A DNA stretch of 64,000 nt from Chiloscyllium plagiosum (lineage: Eukaryota): the NCBI RefSeq assembly GCF_004010195.1, contig NC_057743.1, forward strand, positions 7,610,352-7,674,351, given 5' to 3'. Numbering within the stretch: the stretch's first letter is position 1; each line of letters starts with the position of its first letter. The notes under the pieces were generated by a model. The model was not told the DNA's origin, searched no databases, and saw nothing but the letters and a program-made list of their open reading frames with translations. Made by a program: the position numbers and the translations under genes. Shown piece after piece: positions 53,771 through 64,000 of the stretch.

Positions 53771-55094
53771 GTACGCATTTTCCTATAACAGCTTGGTCAC
53801 TCACTTAGGAAGGAAGGATTTAGACTAATGATAAAGATCGATGTACTGGCTCATTCTAGAAAGGAGAATCTGTACATGAGTAGAACTTCCCATTTGTACA
53901 AAAGCCATCGCCCTATATTTGGATACTAATAATATTGAAAAAGATTAATATTGAACAAGACAAGAAATATTACAATTCGATTTTAATGATAGTGGGTTTT
54001 TTCTCGACATTTTGACTTGGAAGTCAGTTGAATCAAGGAAGGGCTCAGTTTCTTCGTCTGTTGTTATTTCTGTCATCCACTATGACATGTGCAAATCAAA
54101 TGTCACAATGTAATGTCAATTGATCAATTCCGTACTTTAGTATATGTAAATGACAAAGGCTGCTTCGCAATTTTTAGTTTTTTTTTGATGAGGAGGTGAA
54201 AAGGGCCTTTGAAAATGTATTTAATAAAGGGCTACATAACAAATTAAAACACGGGGGTAACAGAGGAAATAGCAGAATGGATACCAAATTAGCTAACAGG
54301 TTTAAAAAATGGACAGGGTATTCATACACTCCAAAACCATTTCTGTTTTTAATATATTGAAGACTTGGAGTAATAGGATACAATTTTGCAACTTGCAGAT
54401 GACATGAAACTTGCTGTAGTAGTGTACGGTGATAAAAGTATGAAACTTCAAGATAATTTAGGTTGGTGGAATGGGTGAATACATTACAAATGAAATTTAA
54501 CACAGGAAAAAAATTGCCAGCTTACATCAAAACAGTGGGAAATGCGATCAACTGCTCTTTATGATACTATATTTTAAAGTGTGAGGAGGTCTGTAGGTCT
54601 AAGTGGGGGAAGTTTCTGGCAGTTATGAAGGTGATCAAGAAGATCTCACCTTCTGAACCTCTCACTTTGAGGTGTGGTGACCTTCAGGTTAAATTCAGAC
54701 CAGTCATGTTTCTTTCATGAAGAAGCACTTCATGGTTTTCTGCGACCATGCCAACTTTAGCTTCACTCGTTTACAGTAAACACCCAGCTCTGTCTGTTTT
54801 CTAACACTTAAGTTTTAATTTTTAAGCAGCTTTGAACTGAGTGTCTATTGACTGTTAACTGGTGTATTGATGACTAGTTGGAAAATTCCTCCATCTGCAG
54901 AAGCATTAACACTTTTAAAGCAGTCTCTCAAAAGATGTAGCAGAAATGCAGCAAGATATGTGGTAATCTTTGAAGCTTCACCTTTACTGCTGTGTCACAT
55001 TACATGGCCCAATCATTAGTTTGAGGAGGCAAGCCGATAACCTACTTTCTGCCTTCTCCTAGCAATGCTTTAACTGGCTCTTTGCAGTCAGCAT

Positions 55095-57950
55095 GACTTT
55101 GTGCATGGGAAATCATGTCTCTCAAATTTGATTGAGTTTTTTTGAAGAATTGACCAAGAAGTTAAATGAGGCCATTACAGTAGACATTATTTACATGAAT
55201 TTTAACAAGGCCTTCGACGATATGCCACATGATCGACTGGTTGGTTAAGTTAGATCACATGGGATCCAGTGAGGGCTAGCTAGTTGGACACAAAATTGGC
55301 TTGATGGTAGGACAGATGATGGTGGTGGTGGAGGGTTTTTTTTAAAACTGAAGGCCTGTGACTACACAGTTCAGTGCTGGATCCACTATTGTTAGTCATT
55401 TATTTGGATGAGTTTATAGGAGACATGGATAGTAAGTTTGGGAATGACACCAAAATTGGTATTGTAGTGGACAGTGAAAGAGGTTATCCAAGAATACAAC
55501 AGAGTTTTTATCAACTGGGCCAGGAATGGCAGATGGAGGTTAAAACATAAATGCAAGGTTAATGAGTTTTGAAAAAATTTGTAGCTCAGGTTGTGATTCT
55601 GGGTGTAGGCTTGCTCACTGAGCTGCAAGGTTCATTTTCAGATGTTTTGTCACCATACTAGGTAGTGTCAGCAGTGAGCCTGGGATCCCAAGGAAACCCA
55701 AATGCACACATAAAAAGAGGGCTATGCCACCAGTGCTTCATCCAGAGGCTCACTGATGATTTTACTTAGGATGGTGACGAAGTGTCTGAAAATGAACCTT
55801 GTAGCTCAGCAAGCAAACCGACATCCAGAATAAATGCAACGTGTTACATTTTGGTAAGACAAACTAGAGCAGGGCATGCACAGTAAATGGTAGGGCCATG
55901 GGGAGTTGTTGATCAGAGAGACCTGGAGTACAGTTACATAGTTCCTTGAAAGTGGCATTATAGCTAGACAGGGTATAAGGCATTTGGCATGCTTGCTTTC
56001 ATCGGTCAGAGCATTGAGTACAGGAGTTGGGACAAAATGTTCCAGCTTTACAGTACATTGTTAAAGCCACATTTGGATTACTGCATGCAATTATGATTGC
56101 CCTGCTATAAGAAGGATATGATTGAACTGGATAGATTGCAGTGTAATGGACCAGACCAAACCACCTAAAAATACATTAAGAAGGAAACACGGACCCTAAC
56201 TTTTACTTGTTTAAAATACAAACACCAGGTGTTGCATTCCAGTTGCAATTCAATTGGCCAAACTATTTGATGTCAAGTGTTATGAAGATGTGGGTGTACT
56301 CTACCTTTAGGAAAGTTAAAAACTAGCAGAACTACCTGACAGCACCAAGTGTTCTAAACAAGATACAATGTAACCTTTTAGTCTAGCAGTTAGTGTAGCT
56401 GGTTGCCTGGAGACAAAAACAAATTTGAATTAGGCCAATCAGTTTAAATTATATCCCAAAAAATACCAAGCTCCAAGCAAGTTTGAATTTAGTATATTGA
56501 CAGTATTAAAAAACAATGATACAATCCGATGCTTTGGGGGTATAAGACCAGGAAAACGTGAACAGTTGAGAACTGCTAAGCTATCAGCATGTACAATCTG
56601 TCCAAAACACAGCTCTCTTAAAGGTACCTTTATCGGTTAATGACCTGTGAAACAGAAATCCCAAAGAAGAAAAAAGTCTACAGCGGAAGATACAAAGAGA
56701 AAATTTGATAGCTGTCTGGTTTTGAATTCTGAATTTTTGGTCAATCTTACTCAGGGGTTTTATTGGATGAGTATTATAGAAGGGAAAGTAAAAGATAGGT
56801 TAGAGGAAGGAGTTGTAAATAGTTGTTAGTTAATTATTCTCTGTTATACTTTAAGAAATGAAGTTGTTAATTTTTACTTTAAATAGTTCTTGGCCTCTCT
56901 AATTTTTACAGATTATTGCACGGAATAAATCATTTCTGTCTTGCTGGTTTAAATTATTGGAGTGTTTATCCCATGTCGTAACATAAGCAAAACATTTTTT
57001 TTCATACACTATAGTTAAGGTACAACAAAAGAAATAAGAAATTGAAAAAAACTTAACTGTGTTGGAAAACGTAACAAAACAACAGCTTATTAATTAAAGG
57101 TTCCAATATAGTAACATTCCCTAAACACACGCTTGCCAAAGGCAAATTCAGAAGAACAAATTCAAAAGAACATGCAACTCCAGCAACAGGAAAAGCATCA
57201 AGATACCTCTGAGTAGTAGGTTGAGACGTACTGAGGCTTCCACCCAGCTTCAAGATCCAGCAAATGCTGCAACTGAAACTAAAAAAATCTTGGTTCTGAG
57301 GGAGCTTGCCCATTTATTCAGGCTGTTTCTATTGTCCCAGCATTTTAGGAAAAAAACCCAAGGCCTCACCAGTTGTATAATTTTTATTGGCTTTCAATAG
57401 AGAGCTCATCTCCTCTGCTTTAAAACCTCTTCAAAAACAAGGACAAAATACACCTTGTAAAGCCGTAGTAAGGTCACAGAAGACTTACAAGGATGTTACT
57501 GAAACTAGAGAGCTTGAGTTAAGGGGAGGCTGGGTAGGCTGGGACTTTGTCTCCTGGAGTGTAGAAGGCTGAGGGGTGACCTTATAAAGATTTATAAAAT
57601 CATGAGGGGCATAGATATGGTGAATAGCCAAGGTCTTTTCCCCAGAGTAGAGGAGTTCAAAACTAGAGGGCATAGGTTTCAGGTGAGGGGAAAAAGATTT
57701 CAAAGGGACCTGAGGGGAAATATTTTTATGCAGAGGGTGGCACGTATATGGAATGAGCTGCCAGAGGAAGTGGTAGAGGTGGATACAGTTAGAACATTTA
57801 AGAGTATTTGACCGTTATGTGGATTGAAAAGGTTTAGAGGGATATGGGCCAAATGCAGGTAAATGAGAATAGTTCAGTTTAGGAAACCTGGTTGGCATAG
57901 ATGAGTTGGGCTGAAGGGCTTGTTTTCATGCTGTGTACCTCTGTGATGCT
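55095..57950 (+). mobile_element. CR1 LINE interrupted by a palindromic Penelope-derived insert (55557-55829) and nested LTR-like repeats (56142-57478)
   Basis: CR1 RT and C-terminal peptides (KTRGHRFQVRGKRF..QRVARIWNELPEEVVE) resume after each insertion; TSD ataaatgcaa flanks the Penelope insert. Confidence 0.8.
56278..56983. mobile_element. Solo LTR nested inside another solo-LTR-like repeat
   Basis: Termini TGTTATGA...TCGTAACA; flanks caag/taag (4-bp TSD, one mismatch). Confidence 0.65.
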
Positions 57951-57997
57951 GTGCCTGTGAGATGTGAAAGAATTAGAGCTTGATGTTCTGCTCTCCA

Positions 57998-58139
57998 NNN
58001 NNNNNNNNNNNNNNNNNNNNNNNNNNNNNNNNNNNNNNNNNNNNNNNNNNNNNNNNNNNNNNNNNNNNNNNNNNNNNNNNNNNNNNNNNNNNNNNNNNNN
58101 NNNNNNNNNNNNNNNNNNNNNNNNNNNNNNNNNNNNNNN
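57998..58139. other. Assembly gap (142 N)
   Basis: Run of N. Confidence 0.98.
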
Positions 58140-58745
58140 CCTTCTGCCAACATATTTTAAACAGTATGACTGACATAGAGAAGTATTCTGCTGATTCAAG
58201 GCACAATAAGTTACTACGGGGGTCAACCCTGGTGTTCCCTGTAACTATTATAGTTTTTGTGTTTTGGTAAGTTGAGGTTCAATATACTGTGTCACCACTC
58301 AGTCCTTAATTCTGTTATAGCTGCTTATTCCAAGGAAATACTTCTTCCCCTCTGCAGATTACTTTATTTAGCTAAAATAGGAAAATTGCAATATTGATTC
58401 TCTGGCACCAAAGTAATACTGAAAGCAGTTAACTTAAATATATGTTCTGTTTAATTTTCAATTCTGTCATGTTAGAGAAGTTGGACTCAAATATATGGAT
58501 TGGAACATCTGCATGGGAGAACGTGTCACAAACAAAATCTAAAGCTGTGTTTTTCATGAAGTGATTGGCAAATCTCTTTAGACAATCCGCTTTATGTTTG
58601 AAACATTTTTTCTGCCAAATTAGGAATAGTGACATGTGAGCTCTGAGTGCTAAGTCCAATCCAGGATTCTGGGGCCAAATAATTAACCTGTCCCATACAT
58701 ATCCAATAAGGAAGGAGAACTGTATCCATGACCATGTTCTGTAAC

Positions 58746-58844
58746 GTGTCTGTGTGTGTGTGTCTGTGTGTATGTGCATGGGTCTGTGTGCGTGTATGTG
58801 TCTGAGTGTGTTTGTGGGGTGTGTGTTGTGTGTGTGTGTGTCTG
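58746..58844. repeat. Imperfect (TG)n microsatellite
   Basis: gtgtctgtgtgtgtgtgtctgtgtgtatgtg... Confidence 0.9.
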
Positions 58845-58911
58845 TAAGCAGGAAACCTGTCTGAAGCTGATTGCCACAATTCTAACTTTTTTCTTTGTGG
58901 TCCTCCCTCAG

Positions 58912-59133
58912 GTCGATACCAGCTCACTTCCCTATGATGAGAGGCCACTCCCAGCTCAACGCAAACCTGCAGAATTATTTGGCATACCACAGTTGGAGGT
59001 TAATGAGTCAACTGCAGTAAACCCGGACTCTTCACCTACACCAAGAAGTGGAATCACAGGAGAGCCAGAGCCACTGACTGAAAAAGCTTTCAGAGAGGCT
59101 AGTTTTGCCATTGACTTGTTTGGCGAGGCTCTG
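58912..59133 (+). CDS. CEP104: CEP104 internal exon (exon 10 equivalent)
   Basis: VDTSSLPYDERPLPAQRK...GEPEPLTEKAFREASFAIDLFGEAL; ctcag|..CTG|gtaagc; 222 nt. Confidence 0.96.
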
Positions 59134-60156
59134 GTAAGCATGGACAATTGAGCAATTCCTACTTGTTCAGCTTAGTTTTGCATATTGGCTATTATCTGCA
59201 ATTGATTTTAGACTTTGAGACTCATTCCGTTAGGAAATTCCTTTCCTGAGAGGAAACATTACCTCTCAGGAGTCTCAAGTGAGCATCAATTTTCAATTAA
59301 TCTTCATTGCTAGTAATACGCAGTAAAAAATATGTTTTCTTCTATCCATAATCTGAGCAGTTGTGCATCGTGTTAGACAAGAATAGATGGCATCAATATA
59401 GCACTTCTAAAATTTAGAGGAAAGTGATATGGTGGGTGTTCAAATGGCCAGAATAAGAGCAGCAGAGAGGTTGGGGGAGGACTTATATGCCATTGTGATA
59501 CTTCAGGGTTGATTGACAGAGAGATGAAAGATCAGTTTAATTTGGAGGTTTTAGGGTTCTCACCTATGTAACCAAAAACAATGCAATGTGGTTGTTTTAA
59601 AAGTATAAATCAATATGTCATCTCTTCATTAAAAGATATTATAGTACATTTGAAGCAGAAATTGGTGAAACACAGTCCTGAATCTCAATAGAGAATAATT
59701 AACCCAAAAATAATCTTGGATAAATATCTAGATGTAAATGAGACTAATCACATGTGCATCAAGACTATTTAAATAAAATAGTTTAATCATGCTAATTAAA
59801 TGTCATAAACGTGTAGCTGAAATGTGATCTGGATAGTTAAGGAAAGCTTGAGATGAATCTCACGTGTCAAATTGGAAGAAAAAAAATTGATATTTTTCAA
59901 GTGAAGAGAGGACTATGATGAGGTGGGGTACTGTTTCGAAACAAATATTCAGAAATATATGCTTTCTTCGATTGAAGGCAAAAGATTAATAAGTGAGCAA
60001 TATACTGATGTCATAGTGCTACTCGCAGAATCAGAAGAGGCCCTAAAAATATTGTTTCATATAAAATCTAGAAATTTACAAGATAATTGCACATGAAGAC
60101 CAAAAAAGCCACAAAACTGGAATAATTAGAAGCAATGCTAGGGTTGATCCCCTGGT

Positions 60157-60613
60157 GGAGAAAGTGAGGTCTGCAGATGCTGGAGATCAAAGTTGAAACT
60201 TTATTGCTGGAACAGCACAGCAGGTCAGGCAGCATCCAGGGAACAGGAGATTCGACGTTTCGGGCACAGGCCCTTCTTCAGGAATGAGCAGAGAGTGTTC
60301 AGCAGGAGAAGATAAAAGGTAGGGAGGAGGGACTTGGAGGAGGGGAGTTGGAAATGTGATAGGTGGAAAGAGGTCAAGGTGAGGGTGATAGGTCGGAGTA
60401 GGGTGGAGGCGGAGAGGTCAAGAAGAAGACTGCAGGTCAGGAAGGCGGTGCCGGGCTGGAAGGATCCGGCTGAGACAAGGTGGGGGGAGGGGGGATGAAG
60501 AAACTGGTGAAGTCCAAGTTCATCCCCTGCGGTTGGAGGGTTCCCAGTCGGAAGATAAGACGCTCCTCCTCCGACCGTCGGGTTGTTGTGGTTTGGCGGT
60601 GGATGAGTCCAAT
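60157..60613 (-). mobile_element. 5'-truncated Neptune-type Penelope-like element with 15-bp TSD
   Basis: RRSEEERLIFRLGTLQPQGMN (GIY-YIG C-terminus); TSD ggttgatcccctggt at 60142-60156 and 60614-60628. Confidence 0.88.
60250..60285 (-). ncRNA. Minimal hammerhead ribozyme motif (best-preserved copy)
   Basis: AUUC-CUGAAGA-A-GGGC(CUGU)GCCC-GAAA-CG-UC-GAAU: 4-bp stem I, 4-bp stem II, palindromic ACGU in place of stem III, GUC site. Confidence 0.75.
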
Positions 60614-63431
60614 GGTTGATCCCCTGGTTGATAGCAGTTGTAGAATGGGGATATGCCAGTCCATTAGGTTGCAAATTGTGCAAGAGTGCAATTTGTTTAA
60701 GTACACTTTGGCTGCTGTTGATGGCCCACAGTGTCTCATGTCTTCAGTTGCCAAAAGAAATATCTCAAACTAGCTTGAGTTAAATGGTGTCACGTTAGAA
60801 CAAGTGTATATATTTGTCAATATAAAATAAATGATAGCAGAAAATGACAGAAGGCATACAGAGTTAGAAGAGGGATAGAAGTGACCAAAAATAATTTTGT
60901 GAAAATGAAGACCATGTTATCAACAATGTAACTCAAGCTTGCAACAGGAAAAAATATTCATAAAATGCTCTTCTACTCTCTTTGTGGGGAGGCAATGATG
61001 TAATGGTATTATGAGTAGATTATTAATCCAAGAATTTGGTCATATTGTGGGTATGAGGGTTCGAATCTTGCCATGGCAGAATTTGAATTCAATAAATATT
61101 TGAAATTGAGTCTTATGATGACCATGAAACTACTGTTGATTGTCGGAAATCTACTATCTTCACCTTGGTCTGGCCGACATGTGACGCAAGACCCACAACA
61201 ATGTGGTTGACTTTGAAACTGCCCTCTGAAATGACCTAGTAAACCACTCAGTTGTAACAATCACTACAAATTCTCAAAAAAAAGAGACTGGTTACACCAC
61301 CTAGCATTGACCTTGGCATTGGAACCTCAGACAGCACCTTCCAATCTCTTCCATCTAGAAGGCTGCAGAAAAACCAATCTGCAAGCTTCCCTTCAAGCCA
61401 TGCACCATCCTGACTTGGAAATATATAACGATTCCTTCACTGCAGCTGGGTCACAAATCTGGAATTCCTTCCTTTATGGCAATGTGGGGCTACCTGCAGC
61501 ACATGAACTGCAGCGGTTCAAGAAGGCAACTTACAGCACCACCTTGAAGACAATTAGAGATAGGCGAAAAATAGTTATCCAGGAAGTGACACTCACGATC
61601 CACACATGAATTGAAAAATATTCTTGTCTTCCCAGAAACCTTGACAATATATGAAGATCTATGGAAGAAAATAGAGGACTTTGAAATGTGAGTGCTAAGA
61701 TCAATGTTCCCTCTAAGCTTTGCAGCCATACAGCGCTTGGAGGGTCTGTGCATCCTGATTGACTTGTGAACTCGTTGACTTTCAGTTCTGGAGGTTAGAA
61801 GTATGCTTGGATCTCTGAGATCCAGGAAGCGACAGCAAAAGTTAGAGGGCATGTCATCTAACATGTGTGCTAACAATTCCGTATACAGATCATAACACAA
61901 TTGAATATGCGAGAGTGCAAGGAACTCTTAAAAGTGACATCCCAGAAAACAAAATGTCAGTATTTTGTGGTTGGATCAGAGCTGAATAACGAGAGAGCTC
62001 TCTTTTAAAGGACAAAATAGAGGGCAGCAGAAAGTGAGGTCTGTCAGGGTGTGGTTGGATGATGGGTGCCAGAGTGGTTGGAAGCAAGTTACAGTGGATA
62101 TGTGAGGATGACACGAGAGATAAATGAGATGTGTTGTGATAGCTAACTTCCTGACAAAAGTAGCAAAGGGGATATAAGACCACAGTGGAGTTATGAAAGA
62201 AGTTATGTTTGTAGAGTGTGGAGTGCTGGGAGATCAGCCAGAAGATTATTAGAATAATTTAATATTTAAAAAATAACAAAAAGCATGAATGAATGTTTCA
62301 GTAACAAGCTGGCTAAGGCAGAGGATAGACAATGTTATGAACTTGGAAGCAGGAGGTCTTTGCAATATTAAATCTGTGAGGTTGGAAGCTTCAGTTGTGA
62401 TAAAATAAGGCACCAGTAGTGCTCAGTTTGATTTTCCCTGCTGGGATGACTGTAAAGCAGTATAATTGGTTCTGTTGAAGTAATTTTGCGTTTTTAGTGT
62501 GTATTTCCAATTCTTAGTAAATTTGCAATTGGTTTCCCTTTTTATATCTTATCAATAAACCATTATATTTTCACAATTCAGGTTGTAACTTTACATTTGC
62601 TCTTTCGATTCACTCCCTGAGGGAGTCTGTTGGTTAATTTGTTGAGCTTCTGTATAAAGAAAAAAGTTAGGAGCTGTTCTATCTTTTGCTGTTGTCAGAG
62701 TCTACAGTGCTTCCCAGGCAAGAGCAAATATTGGAATAAAAGCCAAAAATTGCAGATGCTGGAAATTCACAACAAATGTATAGTGCTTGAGAAACTAATG
62801 AGGCTGTCAGCATCTGTGGAGAGAAAAATTTGAGTGGAGTTAACATTTTGAGTCTGGTATGACTCAACTTCATAACTTACATTGAAAATGTAGTATTTTC
62901 ATTGACATTTTGAAAATTGACACAGTTTGAATGCTAGTGTTCTCTGACCTCTGTCTAGATCTTGGCCCAGAGCTTGGCCCTGATTTATGACTTTTTAAAT
63001 ACTTTGCCCCTTGGTGCTTGTGTGAATCTTGTTTAAAAACATGCTCCACGTTGTTGACGTTTCCTGGCTTTCGGTATTCACAGCTTACTGAGTGGAACAC
63101 CACCAGATTTGTCTTTGGAAGCACTGCTTTTTATGATAGGCGTCAGTGACTTGGATTCAGGAACATAAGATAATACGTAACTGGGCTTGAAGGATAAGCT
63201 GAGTCTGATTATAGAAATATAAATTTAGCTTAATAAAAAAAGTGAATGAAATGGTAAAAGGTGTCAGACAGTTGTAAACTTCATAATGCCGCAGGGAATG
63301 TTGAAAGTTTTAGAGTTATTGTGGTGGAGCCCACTAAGGGACAGGCAATTTGGAATTTAGTTTTGTGCAATGAGTCAGACTTGATAAGGGAGCTTGAGGT
63401 GAAGGAAGCCTTTGGAGACAGTAACCATAAC

Positions 63432-63760
63432 ACGGGGTGCACATTGACTCGGTGGTTGCAGCCTCATATCACTAGGGACTCTGGTTCGATTCCAGGCTCT
63501 GGTGACTGTCTGTGTGGAGTTTCCACATTCCCTTTGTGTCTGTGTGGGTTTCTTCCAAGTGCTCCAGTTTCCTCCCACAGTCCAAAGATGTGCAGGTTAG
63601 GTGAACTGCCCCTGCTAAAGTTGCCCATAGTGTTCAGGAATGTGTCTGGGATAAATGTAGGATATAAGGGTAGGGGAATGAGTCTTGGTGGGTTACTCTT
63701 TCGAGGGTTAGTGTGAACTTGTTGAGCCGAATGGCCTGTTTCCACACTGTAGGGATTCTG
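63432..63760 (+). mobile_element. tRNA-derived SINE (HE1-like) inserted in a CR1 ORF2 fragment (about 63290-64000)
   Basis: ggttcgattcc B box; tail gccgaatggcctgtttccacactgtagggattct; flanking CR1 endonuclease peptide VEPTKGQAIWNLVLCNE..GDSNHN. Confidence 0.82.
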
Positions 63761-64000
63761 TGACTTGTATGATATCATTATAAAATTTACTTTGCAGTTT
63801 GAGAGGGTGTAGCTGGAATCAGATATAACAGTATTACAGTTGAATGAAGGCAAATACAGAGGCATGAGGGATGAGCTGACCAGACTTGACTGAGAGAGGA
63901 GCCTAGCATGAAAGACAGTGGAACAGCAGGGGCAGAAGTTTGTAGGAGTAATTCAGGCGAACACATCAAAAATTCATCCCTAAGAAGAAGAAGCATACTG

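Larger units (their letters stand above)
59330..62150 (+). mobile_element. Heavily degraded RTE-like LINE hosting later insertions
   Basis: Scattered RTE-like traces (YTDVIVLLAESEEAL near 60001, LEQV, RRGIEVTKNNFVKMK, LLKDKIEG); boundaries approximate. Confidence 0.45.

Noticed and set aside
57879-58270. ORFs spanning the second gap
   Set aside because: Mostly X residues from the N run.
58592-58990. His/Thr-rich minus-strand ORFs
   Set aside because: Translation of the (TG)n microsatellite, antisense to a CEP104 exon.
61702-61855. Possible hAT-like MITE (caatgttccctctaa...ttagagggcatg)
   Set aside because: The right terminus is degraded and no TSD was found; too weak to call.

Overview
Eukaryotic, intron-rich, AT-rich and transposon-dense vertebrate DNA. 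The repeats (HE1-like SINEs, CR1 LINEs, two Penelope-like families) suggest a shark or other cartilaginous fish; this is inference. A complete 7-exon DFFB (CAD/DFF40 apoptotic nuclease, 344 aa) lies on + at 11868-22273. It is head-to-head with the first coding exon of CEP104 (- strand, 939-1051) and a CpG-rich NRF1/ZNF143 promoter near 5.2-5.8 kb. Four internal CEP104 exons then appear on the opposite (+) strand after a 500-N gap, most simply explained by a mis-oriented contig. The main non-gene signal is a set of minimal hammerhead ribozyme motifs (CUGANGA...GAAA..UH, with a compensatory stem II change) on Penelope-like element ends and on short, TSD-flanked, often palindromic derivatives. 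A near-perfect 303-bp inverted duplication lies downstream of DFFB. Most ORFs in the supplied track are transposon debris or chance frames. All homologies were recognised by eye from memory; no database was searched.
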